Source: an uncultured beta proteobacterium | GTDB taxonomy: Bacteria; Pseudomonadota; Gammaproteobacteria; Burkholderiales; SG8-41 | Length of the DNA: 64,000 bases | Direction: 5' to 3' | Assembly: GCA_903889565.1 (NCBI GenBank) | Contig: CAISYC010000045.1 | Span: 67,192-131,191, forward strand | In this document: piece after piece, positions 27,115 through 35,824 of the stretch | Layout: each line of letters starts with the position of its first letter | How positions within the stretch are numbered: position 1 is the stretch's first letter | Notes under the pieces: generated by a model | What the model was told of the DNA's origin: nothing | What the model saw: only the letters and a program-made list of their open reading frames with translations | Database searches by the model: none | Position numbers and translations under genes: made by a program

Positions 27115-28077
27115 TCAATCCAGCTTCGTTCCGGAGCGCCTGGCGACATCGCCCCACTTCGCCGCTTCGCTGCGGAAGAACGCGGCGAATTCCGCCGGGC
27201 TGCTGCCGACCGCTTCGGCGCCCTCGTCGGCGAGGCGCTGCTTGACTTCGCCGTTGGCGAGTGCGGCGACCGTCTCGCGATGCAGCTTGTCGATGATGGC
27301 ACGCGGCGTCGCCGCCGGCGCAAACAGGCCGTTCCATTGCAGCGCGATGTGGCCCTGCACGCCGGCCTCTTCCATCGTCGGCACCTGCGGAATCACCGGC
27401 GCGCGCGTTTTCGCGGCGACGCCGAGTCCGCGCAAACGGTTGACGCGGATCTGCGCCTGCGCGACCGGCATTACCAGAAACGACACATGCGCCTCGCCCG
27501 ACATCACCGCGATGCCGGCGGGTGCCGCGCCCTTGTACGGCAAGTGCGTCAGTTTGGTTTGGGTCAGCAACTGAAACAGTTCCATCGCGAAATGCGACAT
27601 GGTGCCGGCGCCGGCGGTCGAGAAGGTCAGGACGCCGGGTCTCGCCTTGGCCATCGCGATCAGATCGCGCACGTTTTTTACCGGCAGCGAGGGGTGCGCC
27701 ACCAGCACAAACGGATACGACGAAACCATCGAAACTGGCACGAGGTCCCTGACCGGATCGAAACTGAGTTTGGTGTAAACGGCGGGGCTGATCGACAGCG
27801 ACGAATTGCCGAACAGCAGCGTGTAGCCGTCGGCCGGCGCCTTGGCAACGATCTCGGCGGCAATGTTGCCGCTGGCGCCGGCCCGGTTGTCGGCGACCAT
27901 CGTTTGCCCGAGGGATACGGACAGGCGCTGCGCCAGCACGCGCGCGACAGTGTCGCTGCCACCGCCGGCCGGAAACGGCACCACCATGCGGATCGATTTC
28001 ACCGGGTAGTCCTGCGCATACAGCAGAGACACCGCGCACAGGCATGCGGAGGCAGTGAGGGCGGTGCGAATGTTCAT
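27115..28077 (-). CDS. Bug-family (TctC-like) substrate-binding protein
   Basis: Signal peptide followed by DYPVKSIRMVVPFPAGGGSD. Its start overlaps the flavoprotein stop by 4 nt. Confidence 0.85.
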   Translation of the reverse strand: MNIRTALTASACLCAVSLLYAQDYPVKSIRMVVPFPAGGGSDTVARVLAQRLSVSLGQTMVADNRAGASGNIAAEIVAKAPADGYTLLFGNSSLSISPAVYTKLSFDPVRDLVPVSMVSSYPFVLVAHPSLPVKNVRDLIAMAKARPGVLTFSTAGAGTMSHFAMELFQLLTQTKLTHLPYKGAAPAGIAVMSGEAHVSFLVMPVAQAQIRVNRLRGLGVAAKTRAPVIPQVPTMEEAGVQGHIALQWNGLFAPAATPRAIIDKLHRETVAALANGEVKQRLADEGAEAVGSSPAEFAAFFRSEAAKWGDVARRSGTKLD

Positions 28078-29795
28078 GCGGTTTCCCGGTCGAGCAGCGA
28101 CTGGCCCGGCTTCACGCGCGTAAACGCAACCGGGCGTGTGGTGACCTCGAAGCGCTCGCCGCGCGCCCGCACGCAGGTGTAATGCGAGCGGTCGATATCG
28201 CGCGCCTCCGGAAAATCACTGCGAAAATGCGCGCCGCGCGAATCCTCGCGCGCGATCGCGGCCGCGCGGATCGAGCGGCTGACCAGGATCAGATTCTTCA
28301 GGTTGAGCCAGTCGTGCCAGGTCATGTTGAAGGCGCGGTTGCCGCCGTCGACGCCGATGCTGTCGATGCGCGCGGCAAGTTCTTCGAGTTTGCCGTCGGC
28401 GCGCGTGAGGCTCGCCGCATCGCGCACGATACCGACGTCGTCCCACATCAGATTGAAGAGTTCCTCGCGCACGGCATTCAGATCACCGGCCGGCTTGCCA
28501 AAGGGCGCGGTGCAGCGCGCCGCCGCCTCGGCCAGCGCCGCCGCATCGGGTTCGTTGAATGCGCCATGCCCGACGACCCAGCCCGGCATGACATCGCCGG
28601 CGATGCCGCCGAACACCGTCGAATTCGCTACACCGTTGCCGCCGAGGCGATTGGCGCCGTGCACGCCACCCGAATCCTCGCCGGCAACGAACAGACCCGC
28701 AAGTTCACTGCTGCAATCGGTCTTGAAAACGACCCCGCCCATCATGTAGTGCGCGGTCGGCACCACATCGACCAGCCCGGTGACCAGATCAAAGCCGCAA
28801 TCGGCGCAGCGCTCGACCATGCCCTTGAATTCCTTCCTCACCATCACCGGGTCGAGATGACGCATGGTGATGTAAAGGCCGCCGCCGGGCCCGACGCGAC
28901 CCGCGCGCATTTCCTCGTACATGCCGCGGCTGACGATATCGCGCGTGGCACGCTCGCCGCGCGGATCGTATTTGTGCATGAAACGCTCGCCGGCGCCATT
29001 GAGCAGGTAGCCCCCGGCCCCGCGCAGGCCCTCTTCGATGATAGTCCCGGTGATGCGCGTGTGCGCGCCGGCGATCAGTCCGGTCGGATGAAACTGCACC
29101 ATCTCCATGTCGCGCAGCGTGAGCCCGGCGCGCAGCGCCATCGCCATGCCGTCGCAGGTTTTGTCCCCCGATGGCGTGTGGAACTTGTACATGGTCGGCC
29201 CGCCGCCGGTGGCGAGCAGCACGGCCTGCGCCTGCACGAAGACGAATTCGCCGTCGCGCATATTGATCATCAGCACACCGGCGATCGCATCACCGGCTTT
29301 GTTCCGGATGAACTCGACCGCGCGGTGCTCTTCGAGCCGGTCGATGCCGCGCGCCCACACCTGTTCGGCAAGGCGATTGATGATCTCGATGCCGGTGAGG
29401 TCACCCTTGTGCACGGTGCGGTCGAAGGTCTGGCCGGCGAATGCCTTCTGGTGCACGGTGCCGTCGGGGTTGCGGTCGAAAAAACAGCCGAGTTCGTTTT
29501 CGAGTTCGTGAATGCACTTCACCGCACCGTTGACCAGCAGCCATGCCAGATCCTGATCGGGCAGCCACTTGCCGCCTTCGATCGTATCCATGAAATGGCG
29601 CTCGACCGAATCAGCCTCGGCGAGCGCCACGTTGTAGCCGCCCTGGACCATGCGCGTGCAGCCGCATTTGCCGAGCAGCCCTTTTACCGCCACCGTGATC
29701 GACAGCTTCGGGTTGGCCTGGTGCGCATGCAGCGCGGCAAACAGGCCGGCGCCGCCGGAACCGAGAATCAGGATATCGGTCTTGATGGTTCGCAC
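28074..29795 (-). CDS. succinate dehydrogenase/fumarate reductase-type flavoprotein subunit (atypical FAD site)
   Basis: DILILGSGGAGL, FHPTG, LRGAGG, AHYMMGG and GANRLGGN motifs. GTG start at 29795, 7 nt after the upstream stop. Confidence 0.85.
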   Translation of the reverse strand: MRTIKTDILILGSGGAGLFAALHAHQANPKLSITVAVKGLLGKCGCTRMVQGGYNVALAEADSVERHFMDTIEGGKWLPDQDLAWLLVNGAVKCIHELENELGCFFDRNPDGTVHQKAFAGQTFDRTVHKGDLTGIEIINRLAEQVWARGIDRLEEHRAVEFIRNKAGDAIAGVLMINMRDGEFVFVQAQAVLLATGGGPTMYKFHTPSGDKTCDGMAMALRAGLTLRDMEMVQFHPTGLIAGAHTRITGTIIEEGLRGAGGYLLNGAGERFMHKYDPRGERATRDIVSRGMYEEMRAGRVGPGGGLYITMRHLDPVMVRKEFKGMVERCADCGFDLVTGLVDVVPTAHYMMGGVVFKTDCSSELAGLFVAGEDSGGVHGANRLGGNGVANSTVFGGIAGDVMPGWVVGHGAFNEPDAAALAEAAARCTAPFGKPAGDLNAVREELFNLMWDDVGIVRDAASLTRADGKLEELAARIDSIGVDGGNRAFNMTWHDWLNLKNLILVSRSIRAAAIAREDSRGAHFRSDFPEARDIDRSHYTCVRARGERFEVTTRPVAFTRVKPGQSLLDRETA

Positions 29796-29802
29796 GCGGC
29801 GC

Positions 29803-30414
29803 CTAGGCCTTGACGCCCAGAGACGCCAGCACGCCGGCACGTTTGTCGCGCGCCGCCTTGTTCACGTCGGTATAAAGATTGCCACCGTGGCTGTCCATGG
29901 CCACCAGCAGCGGGCCGAAACCTTTGACGCGGAACTTCCACAGCGACTCGGGATTCAGATCGTCGAGATCGACGTCTTCGATCTGCTCGATCCAGGTCGT
30001 CTCCAGCGCGGCGGCGCCGCCGATGATGGCGAGGTAGGCGCCGCCCAAATCGCGAAACGCCGCCTGCGAAGCTGCGAACAATCCACCCTTGCCGATGGTG
30101 ATGCGCACGCCGTACTGCTCCATCAGCGGCCGCGTGAAGCGCTCCATGCGCGCGCTCGTCGTCGTGCCGACGCAAACCGGCGCATAGCCGCAGGGATTGG
30201 CCGCGGTTTCTCCAGTCCACTTCACGTTAGGCGCGGTATGAATCACGGCGTGGCCGCGCAGGTCGAAACGCGTCTTGCGCCCGCGGTCGAACATGTGAAT
30301 ATAGGTGGCATCGCGAATGCCGAACAAGATACCGTTCAGCGTGACGGTGTCATTGACCCGCAACGCGCGCACCTCGGCTTCGCTGACGGGCATATTGAAA
30401 TCGTAATGGGTCAT
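29803..30414 (-). CDS. class I Fe-S hydro-lyase beta subunit (fumarate hydratase C-terminal / tartrate dehydratase TtdB type)
   Basis: About 200 aa with RITIGKGG and GGAAAL motifs typical of the beta/C-terminal domain. GAGGA RBS upstream. Confidence 0.85.
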   Translation of the reverse strand: MTHYDFNMPVSEAEVRALRVNDTVTLNGILFGIRDATYIHMFDRGRKTRFDLRGHAVIHTAPNVKWTGETAANPCGYAPVCVGTTTSARMERFTRPLMEQYGVRITIGKGGLFAASQAAFRDLGGAYLAIIGGAAALETTWIEQIEDVDLDDLNPESLWKFRVKGFGPLLVAMDSHGGNLYTDVNKAARDKRAGVLASLGVKA

Positions 30415-30523
30415 CGTCCTCGGGTCCGTCTGCTGCGGAACTGGAATCCGGCCGCCTGAGCGGAATCGTCGTCACCGATTATAAAGGATTGCGTCGCCGG
30501 CACCGCGCGCGCCGCGCCCTGTC

Positions 30524-32584
30524 TCAACCCGAGCCCGCGGCGGCTGTCGCGTGATCGAAGAAATCCTCGAACTGGCGGACGGCGCTGCCGTCCTCATAGA
30601 GTGCTGCCGCGCGCGTCTGCTGCGTTTCGCGCAGATGCTGCGCCAGCGCACGGTCGTTTGCAATGCGCACAGCAAGAGCTGCGTATTCGTCAGCCGATTG
30701 CACCACCGTCTCGGTGAACCGCATCTTGCGGAAAAAGCCATAGGTATGCCGGCCGCGCTGCAAGGCCGAGGGCAGCGTCACCACCGGCGCGCCGGCGGTG
30801 ATCGCCTCGAGGCTGGTGTTGCCGCCGCAATAATGCAGCGTGTCGAGCACCACGTTGCAGCCGCGCAGCCGCTGCAGGTAGCCTTCCGCAGTCGGCGTGC
30901 GCGGCAGAAAAACGAAACGGTCGTAGACGTCAGGCGCGGTTCTTTGCAGCCGCGCCTGCAGCGTGCGCAGACGGTGCGTGTCGTAAGCGCCGCGGTGCGC
31001 GATGACGATTTCGCCGCCACCATCGCGGCGCAGGATGTCGGCGAGTATCGCGTCGAAATCCGGGTGCAGCTTGAACAACATCTGCGGGCAGAAATAAACG
31101 CGGCGGCCGCGGTCGAAGCCGGGTGCCGGCTGCACTGCCGCGACACTGTCCGGGCGGCGCTCGTAATAGCCGGGGAACGCGACATCCTTCAGCCGCAGCA
31201 GGCGCTCGCTGTATTGATGGTCGCTGTCCGCGGTCTCGAAACTGTCGGTGGAAATAAAATAATCCAGCGTCGGCACGCCGGAGGTGACCGGATGCCCCCA
31301 GGTCGTGCATTGAACGGGGGCGAGCCGCGCAAACGACAGAAAATAAGTCAGCGGATCCATGCCGATGTCGGGATACAACAGCACGTCGAGTCGGGCATTG
31401 GCGATGGCTTCACGCGCTTTGCCATAATCGCGCGTCAGCACGGTCCACGCATCGGCCGCGTTCTGCATGGCGCGGTAGACCGCATCTTCGCGTGCGCCGA
31501 AGACGAAACCATGCACGGAGACCCGCGTGCGATCGAACTGCGTAAACAGGCCGCGCATCACACGGCCGATGCTGTGATCATGCAGAAAGGTCGATGCGAT
31601 GCCGACGCGCAGCGGACCCGGCGTGCGCCCGTGCCAGCCGCCGCAATGCGGCGCAACAAAGCGCAGCCCCGGACAGGCCCGCACATGCAGCGCCGCGATG
31701 CGCTCGTGCAGATCGCGATCGTCCTCGCCCTGATAAGCCAGATTGAAGCTGGTGACACCGACCTCCGCCGCCGGATCGGCAACCGCCAGCGGACGACGGG
31801 AAAGCGCCTCGATTTCCTCGCGCAGGCGCGTGCGTACACGGCCGATTTGGTCGCGCGAGTCGAGCATGGACGGCAACGCCAGCGCGCGCACGATTGCGGC
31901 GCCATCGGCGGATTGCGCCGCACCGGCGTGGTCGGCAAGAGTTTTGCGCAGGGCCTCTTCGTCGCCCAGTTTGTACTGCACTGCGCACAGGTTTTGAAAC
32001 GCGCCACCGTTGGCCGGGTCAAGCTGCAATGCCCGCTGCAAATGCCCGATTGCGTCGTATGGCCGGTCGAGATTCAGCAGCGCGAGTCCGGCGCCGGCGT
32101 GCGCCGCGGACGAAGCGGGCGCCAGGGCGAGCGCGCCCTCGAACAACGCGAGCGCGCCGGCGTTGTCACCACGACGCTGCACCGAGAAGCCGGCATTCAC
32201 GCGCGGCTCCACCCACTCCGGCCGCTGATCGATGAGGCCGCGATAGACTCGTTCGGCCGCCGCATGGGCGTCGATACGCGCCAGCACGATCGCATAGTTG
32301 AAACGGACTTCGGGCGGCTGCGCCGCGAGCGCCAGCGCGCTTTCATAACAGCTTCGCGCTTCGGCATCGCGGCCGGCCTTGCGCAGCAATTCCGCCAGCA
32401 TTACCGGCAGCACCGGCGCAGCGGGGTCGGCCGCCATGCCTTCGCGCAACAGGCGTTCCGCGGCGGCGGTATCGCCCGAGTTTTGCGCAGCGAGCGCCGC
32501 CTGCAAACAGCGGCCGGCGCCGTGCGCCGGGGCAGCGCGTACAGGCGAAGCTGCGAAGAGATTGCCGAGCAGGCGCTTGAGCAT
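30524..32584 (-). CDS. TPR-repeat protein fused to a GT41-type (SPINDLY/OGT-like) glycosyltransferase domain
   Basis: Several TPR-like repeats (YDAIGHLQRALQLDPANGGAFQNL). C-terminal region includes VGIASTFLHDHSIG, LLYPDIGMD and HYCGGNTSLEAITAGAPVVTLP. Its ATG directly abuts the upstream methyltransferase stop. Confidence 0.75.
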   Translation of the reverse strand: MLKRLLGNLFAASPVRAAPAHGAGRCLQAALAAQNSGDTAAAERLLREGMAADPAAPVLPVMLAELLRKAGRDAEARSCYESALALAAQPPEVRFNYAIVLARIDAHAAAERVYRGLIDQRPEWVEPRVNAGFSVQRRGDNAGALALFEGALALAPASSAAHAGAGLALLNLDRPYDAIGHLQRALQLDPANGGAFQNLCAVQYKLGDEEALRKTLADHAGAAQSADGAAIVRALALPSMLDSRDQIGRVRTRLREEIEALSRRPLAVADPAAEVGVTSFNLAYQGEDDRDLHERIAALHVRACPGLRFVAPHCGGWHGRTPGPLRVGIASTFLHDHSIGRVMRGLFTQFDRTRVSVHGFVFGAREDAVYRAMQNAADAWTVLTRDYGKAREAIANARLDVLLYPDIGMDPLTYFLSFARLAPVQCTTWGHPVTSGVPTLDYFISTDSFETADSDHQYSERLLRLKDVAFPGYYERRPDSVAAVQPAPGFDRGRRVYFCPQMLFKLHPDFDAILADILRRDGGGEIVIAHRGAYDTHRLRTLQARLQRTAPDVYDRFVFLPRTPTAEGYLQRLRGCNVVLDTLHYCGGNTSLEAITAGAPVVTLPSALQRGRHTYGFFRKMRFTETVVQSADEYAALAVRIANDRALAQHLRETQQTRAAALYEDGSAVRQFEDFFDHATAAAGSG

Positions 32585-33178
32585 CTAGCTGCCGGCGGAG
32601 CCGCGCCGCCGCGCGAGCACGTTGAGACTGATCGGAATGCCGCCGCTGACGAGCGAGCTGTAATCGTCGAACAGCCCGAACTGATCGACGCGTTGGATAT
32701 CGATAAATCCGGCCTCGCCGAGATAGTGTTCAAGAATTTCGAAATCGAAGCCGGCCTTGTGATAGTCATAGGCGTCGCGATGGGCGCCGAACAGCATCTT
32801 GACCACCGTAAAGCGGTCGTCGACGGTCAGCGCCGGATGCAGAATCAGGCGCGCCAGCGCGCCGAGATCCGGCACGCTGAGATAGATGCGCCCGCCCGGC
32901 GCCAGCACGCGGTGCCATTCGGCCAGCGCACGCGCGACTTCTTCGCGAAAGTCGAAGTGCTCGAGGCAATGCGAGGCATAGACCTCGATGAAGCTGCCGT
33001 CGGCAAAGCGGCGCAGATCCTGCGCGTCGCCGAGGTGATCGACCGCCGGGCCCGGCAGCGCATTGAACACCTCCCAGCCTTCTTTGCGCACCTGCCCGCC
33101 GATATGCAGGCGGCGCTCGGCGCCGGCGGCGCGGGCGGGTGCTTGCACACGCAATCCTTTCAGCATTGACCACAGCAT
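32585..33178 (-). CDS. class I SAM-dependent methyltransferase (Methyltransf_11-like)
   Basis: FADGSFIEVYASHCLEHF...EWHRVLAPGGRIYLSVPD is typical of this family. The glycine-rich motif I is degenerate (LHIGGQVRKEGW). ATG at 33178. Confidence 0.65.
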   Translation of the reverse strand: MLWSMLKGLRVQAPARAAGAERRLHIGGQVRKEGWEVFNALPGPAVDHLGDAQDLRRFADGSFIEVYASHCLEHFDFREEVARALAEWHRVLAPGGRIYLSVPDLGALARLILHPALTVDDRFTVVKMLFGAHRDAYDYHKAGFDFEILEHYLGEAGFIDIQRVDQFGLFDDYSSLVSGGIPISLNVLARRRGSAGS

Positions 33179-33240
33179 GGCGGGATTATGCCGTTTTCGA
33201 TTTTGTGCAGTGGCCGGCCGATGCCATGGCCGGCGCCGGT

Positions 33241-34116
33241 TCAATAGCCGTAGCTGACGCCCTGCGGCGTAAATGTGGCGCGGGCGCGCCGCGCGGAATG
33301 GCATTGCATGTTGACCGCGACCGGGTTGAGCGTAATGTGCGTCGCGGCGGTTTCGACATGCACTGCAAAGGCGGTCGAATCGCCGCCCAGACCCTGGGCG
33401 CCGACGCCGAGCTGGTTGACCACCGCGGACAGTTCGACCTCCAGTTTTGCCCCTTCAGGGTCGTCGCATTGCGTGCCGAGCGCGCGTGTCGCCGCCACCT
33501 TCGACAAATGCACGCAAAGATCGGCGGTGCCCCCGACGCCGACGCCGACAATGGTCGGCGGACAGGTCTTGCCGCCGGCATCGAGCACGCAGTCGATGAC
33601 AAAGGTCTTGATCGCGTCGATGCCGTCGGCGGGGATCGCCATCTTCAGCCACGAATTGTTTTCGGAACCGCTGCCCTTTGGAATCATTTCGATCGACAGC
33701 GTATCGGGCGCCGCGCTGAACTCGACGTTGATCACCGGTATCTGGCGGCCACAGGAGGTCTGCGCATTCTCACGCGTCACCGGATGCACCACCGACGAAC
33801 GGAACGGGTGCTCTTTGGTCGCCCGCTCGCAGCCCTTGATGATGGCCTGCTTGAGCGCATAACCGTCGAACTCGACGCCGCGGCCGATCACCACGTTGTA
33901 AATCGGGATGCCGGTATCCTGGCACAGCAGGTTGTCGGTATCTTCGGCGACCCTGATGTTGCGGATCATCGTGCCGAGCACCGACTTGCCGGTCGCATCC
34001 GTCTCTGCCTTGTCGAGGCGGCTGAAGCCCTGCTTGATGTCGGGCGGCAGCCGCTTCAAGGCGCGGATGTAGATTTCCTTGCTCGCATCTTCGACCTGTT
34101 TCAAATCAATTTTCAT
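33241..34116 (-). CDS. class I Fe-S hydro-lyase alpha subunit (fumarate hydratase N-terminal / tartrate dehydratase TtdA type)
   Basis: LLCQDTGIP motif and about 290 aa. Partner of the beta-subunit gene at 29803..30414. Confidence 0.85.
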   Translation of the reverse strand: MKIDLKQVEDASKEIYIRALKRLPPDIKQGFSRLDKAETDATGKSVLGTMIRNIRVAEDTDNLLCQDTGIPIYNVVIGRGVEFDGYALKQAIIKGCERATKEHPFRSSVVHPVTRENAQTSCGRQIPVINVEFSAAPDTLSIEMIPKGSGSENNSWLKMAIPADGIDAIKTFVIDCVLDAGGKTCPPTIVGVGVGGTADLCVHLSKVAATRALGTQCDDPEGAKLEVELSAVVNQLGVGAQGLGGDSTAFAVHVETAATHITLNPVAVNMQCHSARRARATFTPQGVSYGY

Positions 34117-34128
34117 GCTCGGCTGCCG

Positions 34129-35088
34129 TTATTCCACCACAAGTTTGCGTTCACGCACGATCACTGCCCAGCGCGCGGTCTCGTCGCGTATCGCCTTCGC
34201 AAAATCGGCCGGGCTGTTGCCCACCGGCGCCATGCCAAGCCCATCAAAGCGGCTCCTGATATCGGGCGCCTCGAGTGCCTTCACCGTATCGCGATAGATT
34301 TTTTCGACAATTTCGCGCGGCGTGCCGGTCGCCACCATCAGTCCGAACCAGCCGATGTTTTCGAAACCGGGGTAGGTCTCGGCGATCGCCGGCACGTCGG
34401 GCAATTGCGCTGAGCGCTGTTTGCTGGTGACGCCGAGCGCGCGCAACCTGCCCTGTTTGATGAAGTTGATCGCCGCAGCCATGTTCGCGGTGGCGAACTG
34501 CACCTGACCGGCCATCACATCGGCAATTGCCGGCGCTTCGCCCTTGTAGGGAATATGAACGACATCGATACCCGTCAAGGCAATGAAGTTTTCCGCCGCC
34601 AGATGCGTCTGCGTGCTGAAGCCGGCCGAGCCGTAGGTGATCTCGCGCGGTCGCGCCTTGGCCAGCGCGACGAACTCCCTGACCGTCTTCGGCGGAAAAC
34701 TCGGCGTCACCACCAGCACCTGCGGACCGCTGGCGACATTGGTAATGGCGGCCAGATCCTTCGCCGGATCGAAGGGCATCTTGCGGTAGATATGCTGGTT
34801 CGCCGTAACGATCGATCCGGTGGTCATGAACAACGTGTAACCATCCGGGGTCGCCTTTGCCGCCAGTTCGCCGCCGATATTGCCGCCGGCGCCGGCGCGA
34901 TTGTCGACAACCACCTGCTGCCCCCAGGCTTCGCCGAGCTTCTGGCTGACCACGCGCGTGACGATATCGGCCGCGCCGCCGGCCACGAACGGCACAATGA
35001 TGCGCACCGGCCTCGCCGGATAAGCCTGCGCAAACGCCATTGACGGCAGAACCGCCAACGCAAACGCCAGCCGGATCGATCGGTTCAT
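34129..35088 (-). CDS. Bug-family (TctC-like) substrate-binding protein
   Basis: Signal peptide followed by AYPARPVRIIVPFVAGGAAD. GGGAGG RBS upstream. Confidence 0.85.
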   Translation of the reverse strand: MNRSIRLAFALAVLPSMAFAQAYPARPVRIIVPFVAGGAADIVTRVVSQKLGEAWGQQVVVDNRAGAGGNIGGELAAKATPDGYTLFMTTGSIVTANQHIYRKMPFDPAKDLAAITNVASGPQVLVVTPSFPPKTVREFVALAKARPREITYGSAGFSTQTHLAAENFIALTGIDVVHIPYKGEAPAIADVMAGQVQFATANMAAAINFIKQGRLRALGVTSKQRSAQLPDVPAIAETYPGFENIGWFGLMVATGTPREIVEKIYRDTVKALEAPDIRSRFDGLGMAPVGNSPADFAKAIRDETARWAVIVRERKLVVE

Positions 35089-35127
35089 GCGGCCTCCCGG
35101 AATGTCATGCGAAGCAGTGTAACAGCG

Positions 35128-35475
35128 TCAAACCACGTTGAGCGCGAAGGCCAGACCGATGACGACGCTGGCGCCGCCGGCGATGGCCAGCAACGATTTC
35201 TGATGGTCATGCCACGGCAGAAACTCGATGAGCAGCAAACGCAAGCCGCCGCAAAGATGCGCGCCCAGCAGCAGCACGAGGCCGCATTCGGCAAACTTTA
35301 CCAGCGGCTGCTCGGTCCAGCGCAGGAAGCCGTCGAGCGATTCGGCGCCCTGCAGGGCCTGCGCCAGCGCCCAGAAATGCAGCGGCAGAAAGAACGCCAA
35401 TAAAATTCCGCTTGCGCGGTGCACCGCGAATGCCCACCAGGCCGGATGATTGCGTGCGCGATAATCGTTTTTCAT
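35128..35475 (-). CDS. succinate dehydrogenase/fumarate reductase membrane anchor (cytochrome b-type, SdhC-like)
   Basis: Three hydrophobic helices and an AVHRASGILL motif resembling the SdhC HRxxG. Sits in a run with the Fe-S subunit gene. Confidence 0.65.
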   Translation of the reverse strand: MKNDYRARNHPAWWAFAVHRASGILLAFFLPLHFWALAQALQGAESLDGFLRWTEQPLVKFAECGLVLLLGAHLCGGLRLLLIEFLPWHDHQKSLLAIAGGASVVIGLAFALNVV

Positions 35476-35485
35476 CGCCGGCTGC

Positions 35486-35824
35486 TCAAGCGAATACCGC
35501 CAGCACCGCGCGCAGACCCCACAGCGCAAGCGCCATGCCGATGGCCAGCATGCCGGCGTTCACCGGCGCGCCGCGCCAGCCGAGGGTTTCATGAATCACG
35601 CTGCGCAGGCCGATCGGTGCGTGCACCGCAACGGCCGCCACAAACAATGCGTAAAACGCGAACCAGCCGTAACTGCCGCGCGTGCGCGAGAGGATTTCCG
35701 CCGCGCTCAAGCCACCGCGCACGGCGTATACCATGGTCGCCAGATGCACGATCACGCACAGCGCGAGCACTGCGGCGCTGGCGCGCTGCGCCAGCCACAG
35801 CAGGGTCTGCGCACGCGCGCTCAC
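35486..35824 (-). CDS. succinate dehydrogenase/fumarate reductase small membrane subunit
   Basis: 112 aa with three hydrophobic helices and conserved His residues. Its GTG start abuts the Fe-S subunit stop (TGAGTG). Confidence 0.6.
   Translation of the reverse strand: MSARAQTLLWLAQRASAAVLALCVIVHLATMVYAVRGGLSAAEILSRTRGSYGWFAFYALFVAAVAVHAPIGLRSVIHETLGWRGAPVNAGMLAIGMALALWGLRAVLAVFA

Noticed and set aside
26194-28182. 662-aa plus-strand ORF (similar cases at 23998..25518 minus, 28182..29813 plus, 51729..53561 plus and 53931..55445 plus)
   Set aside because: All are antisense to well-supported genes (Ldh2/Bug, IDH-family/enolase, flavoprotein, argJ/secA) and have Arg-rich nonsense-like translations.
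30551-33169. 872-aa ORF on the plus strand
   Set aside because: It is antisense to the TPR/GT41 and methyltransferase genes and has no motifs. It is a high-GC shadow ORF.
33179-33240. CCGGCC/GGCCGG hairpin after the hydro-lyase alpha gene as a terminator
   Set aside because: The stem is short and not followed by a U-tract on the coding strand, so there is not enough evidence to call a terminator.
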